Virus record (IMG/VR): IMGVR_UViG_3300031364_000002
Span: 1 to 57,662 of that record
DNA from: a virus
Lineage: Duplodnaviria; Caudoviricetes
Direction: 5' to 3' (one strand)
DNA: 57,662 nt
In this document: positions 38,331 to 46,637 of the stretch, piece after piece
How positions within the stretch are numbered: the first letter of the stretch is position 1
Layout of the letters: every line of letters starts with the position of its first letter
Program-made: the position numbers and the translations under genes
Notes under the pieces: model-generated
What the model saw: the letters and a program-made list of their open reading frames with translations, nothing else
Told to the model about the DNA's origin: nothing
Database searches by the model: none

Positions 38331-39042
38331 TGCTACTACAGAAAGAGTGTTTTCTCAAGCAGTTGCTTTGGCTCAACAAGGCAGAATGAAAAGTTCAATC
38401 CATGTAGGGTTTCACGAAGTGTATATTTTAAATATGGATAACACAATTTTAATCCAAAATAAAATTCTTCAAGAGTTTGATCTGCCTTTTAGTTTCTATG
38501 CCAATGATTATGAAAGCAAGCATTTACGTTTGGATAGGGAAAACCATGTAATTTTTTTGTCCAATTCTGGTGGATATAAAAGAAAGAAAACTGTACCTGC
38601 ACCCAAAATGGATTTTGGTCAAATATCCAGAGATTGGATGGGATATCCTGATATTAAAAAAGATTATTCAATTACCTTATCTGATTCAGCTATTTCTCTG
38701 TTGGATGATAATTTGTCCCATGTGGAATTTCATAAAATTGAGTCTGATTCTATTGTGATGGTTCAAAAAGATATTTACTCAGGTGCCCGAATTGAAATTC
38801 AAGAATTGTCTTCTGGATTTAAGATTGAACTTGGTAATCAAAATTTTGAGTTAAATCCAATAGGAATTAGAACTGTAGATTTGAAAGCTCTTTATTTGTT
38901 TGATTCCACCTATACTTTTTATTTCCAGCCAGGCCAAAATTATGTATATTTAGAGGGTAGTGGAGGAAATATCAAAGTAATTTTGGCTACCTGCTTGTAT
39001 GATGAAATTTCCTATTTGGCCAAGGTAAAAGGAGATAAATGA
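38320..39042 (+). CDS. Hypothetical beta-rich protein (possibly clamp-like)
   Basis: Coupled to neighbours; no decisive motif. Confidence 0.55.
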   Translation: MTIDATTERVFSQAVALAQQGRMKSSIHVGFHEVYILNMDNTILIQNKILQEFDLPFSFYANDYESKHLRLDRENHVIFLSNSGGYKRKKTVPAPKMDFGQISRDWMGYPDIKKDYSITLSDSAISLLDDNLSHVEFHKIESDSIVMVQKDIYSGARIEIQELSSGFKIELGNQNFELNPIGIRTVDLKALYLFDSTYTFYFQPGQNYVYLEGSGGNIKVILATCLYDEISYLAKVKGDK

Positions 39043-39043
39043 A

Positions 39044-39190
39044 ATGGGGGGAAAAAGTCGGAAAACAGGTCAAATTAGTAAACAACTAATTGATAGATTG
39101 TTAAATCAATCGGGGAAATCTTGTGGAGGAGGAGCTAAAAAAGATAAAGAAGAAAAAGATCCCTTTCATTTGATGGAAAGTAAAAAATGA
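39044..39190 (+). CDS. Unannotated 48-aa peptide
   Basis: AAGGAG RBS; MGGKSRKTGQISKQLIDRLLNQSGKSCGGGAKKDKEEKDPFHLMESKK; fills the gap exactly and ends in an ATGA overlap. Confidence 0.7.
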   Translation: MGGKSRKTGQISKQLIDRLLNQSGKSCGGGAKKDKEEKDPFHLMESKK

Positions 39191-39942
39191 GTGAAGTTAA
39201 TTTTTGGAAATACTTTACTTCTCATTCCATTTATCCCAATTTTTATTGCTCACCAGAGTATTGGAAAAAAGGAAAATTTAAAATTGTAGATACCCCGAAC
39301 CTGTTTGAGGTAAGATCCCAGGAAGGATGGTTACTAATTCCTAGATTTGAAAAGGAAATATTTAATTTTTCAGAACCTTTTTATGCTGGATTTTCAGGAT
39401 TTTACTGTGGAAAATTTTTGGATTATCAATTCATATATGATCCCAAAAATTTTAGGGAATTATCGGGAGGAGAATGGAGAAAAATTCGTCACAATTTGAC
39501 AATAAGCAAAAGGGAACTAAATGAATCTTTAGGAATTGTGCTAACAGGTAGGAATTGCAGTTTATCTTCTTTTAAAGATTTTATGTTAACCTGGCAAAAT
39601 TTAAAACAGGAGTCTGAATTATATGATCCAGAAATTATGGTAAAATTTCTGATAAACGGGGATCATCGGTTATTGTTTATGGGTTTGGATAGCAAAAAAA
39701 TCTATGGAATAGCTGTTTTTGATCTAACTCCAATTTTTATCAACTTTAGGTATTGCGAAGTTTTACCTGGAATTACTGGTTTGAGTGATTATTGCCGGGT
39801 AGAATTTTACCAATGGATAGATAAACATTATCCGAATAAATTGGTAAACGATGGGGGGAGTTTGGATAAACCCTCTCTGTATAAATATAAACAATTTTTG
39901 AATCCCATGAGTGTATCTAAAATAAGGAGTTTGTTAAAATGA
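39187..39942 (+). CDS. DUF2156/MprF-C-like GNAT-fold protein
   Basis: DYQFIY....ELSG..W.K.R and VNDGGSLDKPSL..YK..LNP resemble DUF2156 patterns (DY.Y..L.G...KR; IN...DLG..GL...K..Y.P). Confidence 0.6.
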   Translation: MSEVNFWKYFTSHSIYPNFYCSPEYWKKGKFKIVDTPNLFEVRSQEGWLLIPRFEKEIFNFSEPFYAGFSGFYCGKFLDYQFIYDPKNFRELSGGEWRKIRHNLTISKRELNESLGIVLTGRNCSLSSFKDFMLTWQNLKQESELYDPEIMVKFLINGDHRLLFMGLDSKKIYGIAVFDLTPIFINFRYCEVLPGITGLSDYCRVEFYQWIDKHYPNKLVNDGGSLDKPSLYKYKQFLNPMSVSKIRSLLK

Positions 39943-41003
39943 ATATTAACAGGGTAGATTTAGTAAACAAATTGAAACAGTGTATGCCTGGTATTGAAAC
40001 AGGCAACAGCCTGTTGGAGGGGGCAGATACTTTTTATTTTGAAGGTAAGAGAATTCATACTTTTAATGACATAATAAGTGTATCTGTAGATATATCAGGA
40101 ATTGTATCTGGAGATTTAACTGGATCTGTAAGTGCTAAAGAATTTTATAAAATATTGACTAAATTCAGGGAGAGTGATATCACAATAGATCCTGAAGATA
40201 AACAATGGATTTTACGTAGTGGAAAAGCAAAAAGTACATTGAAATTTAGAGAATCTGTTATTTCAAATATGGTGGCAGAACTCAAATTGGATAAATTGAC
40301 CTGGAAAAATTTACCTGATAATTTTCTGGATGGACTAAAGCTGTGTAGAATTCCAGGGAATCACACAGCATTTAATGGAGTAGCAGTGGATAGGAATGGG
40401 ATGTACTCCACTGATAAAATAAGAGTAAACAAATTCAATCTATCAAATGATATGGAACGGTTTTGGATAGAAGAAAAGGCTCATGGGGAAATTCTAAAGT
40501 TTGATGAGATGAAAGAATACAGTCTCAGTGATTTCTGGATTCATTTTAGATCAACTGCTGGGGATTGTTTTTCTGTTAGGAGAAAAAGAGATACAGAAAA
40601 AGGAATTTGCAGATATCCTTTTACTCAAATAGATACTATAGTTTTTAGGGCCTCCGAAAACAGACAAGAAATTGGTACTGATTTACCACAAGAATTGGAG
40701 GAAGTACTATCCAGAGCATCAGTATTTTCTTCAGATTTTGATGGGCATTCCGTAGTTCATTTGGTTTTGTCTGGTAAATTTATTGAATGCTCTTCAAGCA
40801 AAACAAGTGGATCCTACTCAGAAAAAATTAAGTGGAAAGCAGATTTTAAAGAGGAATATCAAATGGATTTGGCAGCTGGATTTCTTTTTGAGTCTCTTAA
40901 ATTATCCCCCAAATTTTCTGTGGCAAATATAGGAGATTCTCAATCCCTAGTATTTTTTGGAGATAATTTTATTCATGTAATGGCCCTCATAAAGTCAGAG
41001 TAA
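39939..41003 (+). CDS. dnaN: Sliding clamp (DnaN / beta-clamp-like)
   Basis: 354 aa; MNINR..L..KL, V.AK.F..I, STD..R, YP, L...L.RA pattern; next to the polymerase. Confidence 0.75.
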   Translation: MNINRVDLVNKLKQCMPGIETGNSLLEGADTFYFEGKRIHTFNDIISVSVDISGIVSGDLTGSVSAKEFYKILTKFRESDITIDPEDKQWILRSGKAKSTLKFRESVISNMVAELKLDKLTWKNLPDNFLDGLKLCRIPGNHTAFNGVAVDRNGMYSTDKIRVNKFNLSNDMERFWIEEKAHGEILKFDEMKEYSLSDFWIHFRSTAGDCFSVRRKRDTEKGICRYPFTQIDTIVFRASENRQEIGTDLPQELEEVLSRASVFSSDFDGHSVVHLVLSGKFIECSSSKTSGSYSEKIKWKADFKEEYQMDLAAGFLFESLKLSPKFSVANIGDSQSLVFFGDNFIHVMALIKSE

Positions 41004-41007
41004 AAAA

Positions 41008-43542
41008 ATGGAAGGATTTATGGATTTAGGCCTGGGGGAGCAAAAATCCAGGCCCCACTATAAAAAACAAGGCTCAGGATGTGATGGGTGTGGTTTATAT
41101 AGGTACTGCCAATCTCCACAAATGCCCCCAACAGGTAAGGGAAAAAAGAGAATTCTCATTGTGGGGGAAGCTCCAGGGAAGATGGAAGACCAAAAGGGAA
41201 TTCAATTTATAGGAAAATCTGGTTATCTCCTTCGTGAGACTCTCTCAAATTTAGGATACGATTTGGAGAGGGATTGCTGGAAAACAAATGCACTTCTCTG
41301 CCAACCTCCGGAGAATAGGGATCCTACTCCTTTTGAGCTCAATGAATGTAAAAAGTTTCTTCATTCTCTGATTAAATCCAAACAACCAGACATAATAATT
41401 CCTATGGGTAAATTTGCTCTAAATGCTTTAATTGGTCATAGAATTACTGGGAGGCTGAAGGGAACTAAATTCTCCAAATTTGTAGGAACCCAAATCCCGG
41501 ATCAGGAATTAGGGGTTTATATATGCCCAGTAAATCATCCCGCTTATATCCTCCGTAATGAGAGGGATACAGTAATTTGTCAAAATTGGAAAGCTCAGAT
41601 AAAAAGTGCTTTTGAATTATCAGGTAGTAGACCAGAAATTGTTGACTATTTTTCCAAGGTAGTAATAACAACAGATCCAGACAAAGCAATAGAATGGATT
41701 AGTTTTATAAAACAGAACTGGAAAAAGTTTGCTTTTGACTATGAAACCACAGGAAGGAAACCTCAAAGGGAAGGTCATAAAATCTGGACTACATCTGTAT
41801 CTAATGGAAAAGTGGCTTATGCCTGGCCTATGTATAAGGCCCAAGAAAAATTGAAAAGAGCTTGGATTGATCTTTTAGAATCTGATGTAGGACTTATTGC
41901 CCATCATACTCAGTTTGAGCATATTTGGTCCCGGGTAATTCTTGATGCTCATCCAAATAATTGGATCTGGGATACCATGACTGGGGCTCATATGGAGTAT
42001 AATAAACGTCCAAACAATTTAAAATTTAGGACATATGAGAATTTTGGGGTTATTGGGTATGATGACGAAATAAATCAATTTTTGAGTAAACCAAAACCAG
42101 GGGAGGATCCTAAATCAGCAAATTCTTTCAATCGGATTGATGAAGCACCTCTTCCAGATTTACTAACCTACAATGCTCTTGACTCTCTGTTTACCTACAA
42201 ATTGTATCTGAAACAAAGCAGAATTCTCGATGGAAAAAGAAGGGCTGCAGCTGACTTCTTTTTTTCCGGAGGAATTGAATTGGCAAATACTCATATAAAC
42301 GGAATAAAAGTTAAAGATTCTCTATTGAATCATCATATAAATCGATTAACTACCAAAAAGGATGAGCTTTACAATAAAATTTTTGAATTCCCAGAGGCAA
42401 AAAAAGCAGGGAGGAAATTTAAACCAACAAGCAATCCAGAATTGAATCGATTATTATACAATACTTTGGGGTACAAAGGAACTGGAGTGGATGACAAGGC
42501 ACTGACTGCTATTGGTACACCCTTTGTAAAGAGTATTTTGGAGTACAGAAAAACAGCAAAATTAGTGGATACGTATCTTGATGGATTTAGACGGGAGGTT
42601 GTAGACGGATTTATTCACCCTTATTTCAATCTAAATACTGTTGATACTTTTCGCTCCTCTTCAGATACTCCAAATTTTCAAAATATACCAAAAAGGGATA
42701 AAAAGGCAATGAAAATTGTCCGTTCTTTTTTGATCCCCAATAATGGGAGAATTATTGAATATGATTACAAGGCCCTTGAGGTAGTTATAGCTGGTTGTGT
42801 TTACAAGGATCCTAATTGGTTGTCTTATTGTAGAGACACTTCCAAAGATATGCACCGTGATACTGCCATCGAAATTTTGTATTATCAAGGATTATGGGAT
42901 AAATTGGAGCCCTCAATAGCAAAAACCTGTCGGCAGGCCTCAAAAAATGGTTATGTTTTCCCATCAATTTATGGATCATCAGGAGAAAATGCAGCTTACG
43001 GGATGTGGGAACAGCTACCAGAAGAGACAAAAAAGCATTTAAAAAAACATGGGATTTATGGAGTACAGGATTTTGTTAATAGAATGATTGAGTATGAAGA
43101 TGAATATTGGAACAAACGATATCCAGTATATGGCCACCGGCGGAATGAGGCCTATAAATTATATGAGAAAAAAGGATATGTTGATACTGTTACTGGTTTT
43201 AGATGTTATGGGCCTCTCGATTTCACTCAGGTGGTAAATTACAAAGTTCAGGGCCCCGCTTCTCATGTAAAATTATGGACCATGGATAAGGTAAGTAAGC
43301 AGTTGAGAGCAGAAGGAATGAAAAGTTATCCCCTGGGGGAAATTCATGATGCTATTCTTTTTAATACAAATTCAGATGAAGAGGAAAAACTTGATCAGAT
43401 TGTTTGGAGATTTGGGACTCAGGAAGTAAGAGAAGAGTGGAAATGGATTATAGCCCCTTTATTATTAGAAAAAGACAGGAGTGAAATTAATGGCCGTTGG
43501 TCAGATATGGAAAGCTGTGGGTATTTGGAGGGAAAACAATGA
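41008..43542 (+). CDS. polA: Family A DNA polymerase with N-terminal family-4 UDG domain and 3'-5' exonuclease
   Basis: CDGC, GEAPG, C.PP.NR.P, HPAY (UDG); DYETTG, YNALD (exo); DYKALE, RQASK...IYG, IHDA (pol motifs A/B/C). Confidence 0.93.
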   Translation: MEGFMDLGLGEQKSRPHYKKQGSGCDGCGLYRYCQSPQMPPTGKGKKRILIVGEAPGKMEDQKGIQFIGKSGYLLRETLSNLGYDLERDCWKTNALLCQPPENRDPTPFELNECKKFLHSLIKSKQPDIIIPMGKFALNALIGHRITGRLKGTKFSKFVGTQIPDQELGVYICPVNHPAYILRNERDTVICQNWKAQIKSAFELSGSRPEIVDYFSKVVITTDPDKAIEWISFIKQNWKKFAFDYETTGRKPQREGHKIWTTSVSNGKVAYAWPMYKAQEKLKRAWIDLLESDVGLIAHHTQFEHIWSRVILDAHPNNWIWDTMTGAHMEYNKRPNNLKFRTYENFGVIGYDDEINQFLSKPKPGEDPKSANSFNRIDEAPLPDLLTYNALDSLFTYKLYLKQSRILDGKRRAAADFFFSGGIELANTHINGIKVKDSLLNHHINRLTTKKDELYNKIFEFPEAKKAGRKFKPTSNPELNRLLYNTLGYKGTGVDDKALTAIGTPFVKSILEYRKTAKLVDTYLDGFRREVVDGFIHPYFNLNTVDTFRSSSDTPNFQNIPKRDKKAMKIVRSFLIPNNGRIIEYDYKALEVVIAGCVYKDPNWLSYCRDTSKDMHRDTAIEILYYQGLWDKLEPSIAKTCRQASKNGYVFPSIYGSSGENAAYGMWEQLPEETKKHLKKHGIYGVQDFVNRMIEYEDEYWNKRYPVYGHRRNEAYKLYEKKGYVDTVTGFRCYGPLDFTQVVNYKVQGPASHVKLWTMDKVSKQLRAEGMKSYPLGEIHDAILFNTNSDEEEKLDQIVWRFGTQEVREEWKWIIAPLLLEKDRSEINGRWSDMESCGYLEGKQ

Positions 43543-43742
43543 TAAAATCTACAGGGGTGGGTAGATTTTTAGTTGAGTGTGATGGAGGGTGTGGAGAGAA
43601 AAAGGAATATGAGGCAAAAGAATGGAACAATCTTGTTTTTCAAATGGCAGAAGATAATTGGTATTGTAAAAAGGATGGGAAAGACCTCAAGTTTTATTGT
43701 GAGGATTGCCGAATGAATATTCAAGATAGTGAAAACTCATGA
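43539..43742 (+). CDS. Small zinc-finger protein
   Basis: CDGGC...CEDC; GGAGG RBS. Confidence 0.7.
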   Translation: MIKSTGVGRFLVECDGGCGEKKEYEAKEWNNLVFQMAEDNWYCKKDGKDLKFYCEDCRMNIQDSENS

Positions 43743-43760
43743 ATTCTCTGACCCAAATTT

Positions 43761-43925
43761 CCATTATTTTTCCACCATAAACCACTATATATAGTGTATT
43801 TCCCTCTATATACAGTGTAGTAATAGGTACGTAGTACCTATCTACCTACTATATAAGGATTTACTGAGCCAAATAACGGTGATTTAAGACACCACTAGAT
43901 ATGGGTGGTAAAACTATACATTTGG
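43761..43925 (+). repeat. Repeat A, copy 2
   Basis: Reverse complement of 17462-17626 with 3 mismatches. Confidence 0.95.
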
Positions 43926-43988
43926 TAGAGTAAAAGCAGTCCTATGAGGCTCTATATAAACAAGAATTTTTGAGGAAAGGAAGAAAAA

Positions 43989-44909
43989 ATGAATTTATAC
44001 AGAAAATACAGACCGGCTACCTTTGGAGATATAATTGGGAACCAAGCAGCGGTAGAAAGCCTTGAAAAGCAGCTTAACAAAAAAGATCAACCTCATTCTT
44101 TTTTGATTTCTGGTCCATCCGGTTGCGGAAAAACTACCTTGGCCAGAATAGCAGCCAATATTATTGGGGCTTCTGAGTTGTCAATTCAGGAGATAAATAC
44201 AGCGAATAATAGAGGAATTGATACAGCCCGAACCATTATAGATAATAATCAATACAGTTCCCCTGATGGAAAACCTATAGTATATATAATTGATGAAGTA
44301 CATCAAACAACTAAAGACTGGCAAAATGCTATGCTTAAACCCTTGGAGGATACTCCCAATCATGTGTATTTTTTTCTGTGTACTACCGATCCCGGAAAAT
44401 TACTCAAGGATATAAAAACAAGATGTACCTCTATTTCAGTCAAACCACTGATCGAGTCAGATTTGTATAAATTAGTTAGAAAAGTGCATCTAGCAGAAGA
44501 GGGAAATTTATCAAAAGAAATTCTTCACTTAATAGCAAAAAATTCAGACGGATCTGCTAGGACAGCGCTTGTTTTGCTAGAAAATGTTATTGAAATGGAA
44601 GATGAGGAAAAAATTAGAGAGGTAATAAATTTGGGAACGGATGCCAACTCCCAGACTATTGATCTATGCCGATTATTACTCAAGAGGGCTCATTGGAAAG
44701 AAATTTCCGTGGTATTACGGGGATTAACTGGAGAGGATCCAGAAAAAATCCGAAGAGCTGTTTTAGGTTACATGAATGCTGTTTTGCTGAAAACTTTTAA
44801 TAATCAAGCAGTAAATGTGATGGAGTGTTTTCAAGAGCCTGTTTACAATACTGGATTTCCAGGGATTACTCTGAGTGCTATTCAGTCATCATCTGAATAT
44901 AGAGAGTAA
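43989..44909 (+). CDS. dnaX: Clamp-loader ATPase (DnaX gamma/tau-like)
   Basis: LYRKYRP.TF, GPSGCGKTT, IIDEVH, LKPLED, TRC, GSAR.A. Confidence 0.92.
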   Translation: MNLYRKYRPATFGDIIGNQAAVESLEKQLNKKDQPHSFLISGPSGCGKTTLARIAANIIGASELSIQEINTANNRGIDTARTIIDNNQYSSPDGKPIVYIIDEVHQTTKDWQNAMLKPLEDTPNHVYFFLCTTDPGKLLKDIKTRCTSISVKPLIESDLYKLVRKVHLAEEGNLSKEILHLIAKNSDGSARTALVLLENVIEMEDEEKIREVINLGTDANSQTIDLCRLLLKRAHWKEISVVLRGLTGEDPEKIRRAVLGYMNAVLLKTFNNQAVNVMECFQEPVYNTGFPGITLSAIQSSSEYRE

Positions 44910-44922
44910 AAACTATAATAAT
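44908..44922 (+). promoter_or_regulatory. Repeated AAAAACTATAATAAT promoter motif, copy 3
   Basis: Heads the UvsY-like/SSB/RecA genes. Confidence 0.7.
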
Positions 44923-44941
44923 AGTAGAGAGGGAGGAATTT

Positions 44942-45415
44942 ATGAGTTTTGAAGATGATGTAAAAATTAACAAATACAAATTGGATGTAGCCTGTGAGGA
45001 ACAACCTTGTCTTATACTCTCCTATGAGGAGCCATTAGCCAGTTTGAAGGGGGATAGGGACAGGCTTTATGATCGTCTTAATCTGGTAACTGCTGAGTTG
45101 GAATTGGAAATTAGAAAAAATCCGCCTGAAGGGGTAAAACTCACAGAAGGGACAGTAAAATCTTTGGTTTTATCCTCTCCTAGAGTAACCAAAATTCAAA
45201 CAAAACTTAATGAAACAAAAAAAGAAATTTATCAGTATGAAGCTGCTGTAAATGCTTTTGAACACAGGAAGCGGATGCTTGATAATTTAGTAAAACTATG
45301 GACCTCAAATTATTACTCTGACCCTGACCGGTATGTATCCCCATCGGATGAAGCCGGTAAAGATATAAGGGGAAATCTCAACAAGGAAAGAAGGCAGGAG
45401 GAAAAAAATGCCTAA
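44942..45415 (+). CDS. Recombination mediator (UvsY-like)
   Basis: Helical; KLTE..V...V and AFEHRK.ML.NL patterns; upstream of SSB and RecA. Confidence 0.6.
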   Translation: MSFEDDVKINKYKLDVACEEQPCLILSYEEPLASLKGDRDRLYDRLNLVTAELELEIRKNPPEGVKLTEGTVKSLVLSSPRVTKIQTKLNETKKEIYQYEAAVNAFEHRKRMLDNLVKLWTSNYYSDPDRYVSPSDEAGKDIRGNLNKERRQEEKNA

Positions 45416-46571
45416 AACAAAAAAGCGGCGGGTTTCATCAGCCCGGTATGATGAATCCTACAACACAAGAAACAAAGGGGGATTTGACAGACCGGATATT
45501 ATTGATTGGAAAAAGGTAGCTGATGCCTTGGGAGTGGATTCCATAAAGTTCATGGAATTCAAAAAAGGCCCTAATCGAGTCAACATTATCCCGTTTGAAG
45601 TAAAAACAAAAAATCACCCTCTTGTCCACAGTGGAAATTTGGAGGTAGGGGATCTTGATTATGGACTGGATATTTGGGTTCATAGGAGCATCGGGGAAAG
45701 TGAAGGGGATTATATTTGCCTCAAACAGAATTTTGGAAAAAGATGCCCTATATGTGAAGCAGCAAATGCTGCCTATAAAGCCAAAAATACTGATATGGGA
45801 AAAGCACTCAAGGCAAGCCGGAGGATGTATTACAATGTCCAGATAATAGACCACGGAGAGGCAAAAGATTCTTTGGAAGTGCTCAGAACTAGTCATTTCT
45901 TTTTTGAAAAAGAGCTGATTGAGGAAGCTACAGAGATGGGAGATGGAAAAGCCCCTGTAGATTTTGCTGATATTGAAAACGGAAAAATGATCAAGTTCCG
46001 GGGATCGCAGGAAAAATTCAACGGACAGGAATTCATTAAACCTAAAGCTTTTTCTTTGGTGGAACGGGAAGAAGAGTTGGAGGAGGGTATCATTGATGAA
46101 GCTGTAAGTTTTGATCAATTTCTGATTATTCCTACAGTTGAAGAACTGGAAAAAGTTCTCCATGGGCTCCCTGAAGAAGAGGAGTACGATGATGATGAGG
46201 AGGAGGAAGAAGAAAAAGAAAAATCATCTAAAAAGTCTCACAAAACAGAAGTTGAGGAGGAAGAGGAAGAAGAAGAGGAAGAAGAAGAGGAAGAAGAAGA
46301 GGAAGAAGAAGAGGAAGAAGAAGAGGAAGAAGAAGAGGAAGAAGAGAAGTCCTCTATCCCAAAAAAGAAATCCAAACCCAAACCTAAGAAAGAAGAAGAA
46401 CCAGAAGAGGAAGAGGAAGAGGAAGAAAAATCCTCCAAAAAACCTACCTCTAAGAGCAAGTCCAGTAAGGGTAAATGCCCACATGGGCATAACTATGGGG
46501 AAGATGCTGATAATTTCGATGATTGTGAAAAGTGTGATCTTTTTGATGATTGTTGGGATTATGCGGAATAA
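45408..46571 (+). CDS. Single-stranded DNA-binding protein (gp32-like) with poly-Glu linker and Cys-rich tail
   Basis: H...C....CPICE zinc motif, long acidic tract, terminal CPHGH..G...C..C....C. Confidence 0.75.
   Translation: MPKTKKRRVSSARYDESYNTRNKGGFDRPDIIDWKKVADALGVDSIKFMEFKKGPNRVNIIPFEVKTKNHPLVHSGNLEVGDLDYGLDIWVHRSIGESEGDYICLKQNFGKRCPICEAANAAYKAKNTDMGKALKASRRMYYNVQIIDHGEAKDSLEVLRTSHFFFEKELIEEATEMGDGKAPVDFADIENGKMIKFRGSQEKFNGQEFIKPKAFSLVEREEELEEGIIDEAVSFDQFLIIPTVEELEKVLHGLPEEEEYDDDEEEEEEKEKSSKKSHKTEVEEEEEEEEEEEEEEEEEEEEEEEEEEEEEEEKSSIPKKKSKPKPKKEEEPEEEEEEEEKSSKKPTSKSKSSKGKCPHGHNYGEDADNFDDCEKCDLFDDCWDYAE
46253..46346. repeat. (GAGGAAGAAGAA)n tandem repeat encoding poly-Glu
   Basis: Seen directly in the sequence. 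Confidence 0.9.
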
Positions 46572-46593
46572 TCTCAAAATAGAACTATAGGAA

Positions 46594-46620
46594 AAGGAGG
46601 GGAATTATTTTCCCCTCCTT
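46594..46620 (+). terminator. Hairpin/terminator after SSB
   Basis: AAGGAGGGGAA-ttatt-TTCCCCTCCTT perfect 11-bp stem. Confidence 0.65.
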
Positions 46621-46637
46621 GTAAAAGGGAACTAAAA

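Noticed and set aside
45438-46590. Long antisense/alternate-frame ORFs (45438-46163, poly-K/R, poly-S, poly-F)
   Set aside because: Shadows of the SSB gene and its purine repeat; no RBS and low complexity.
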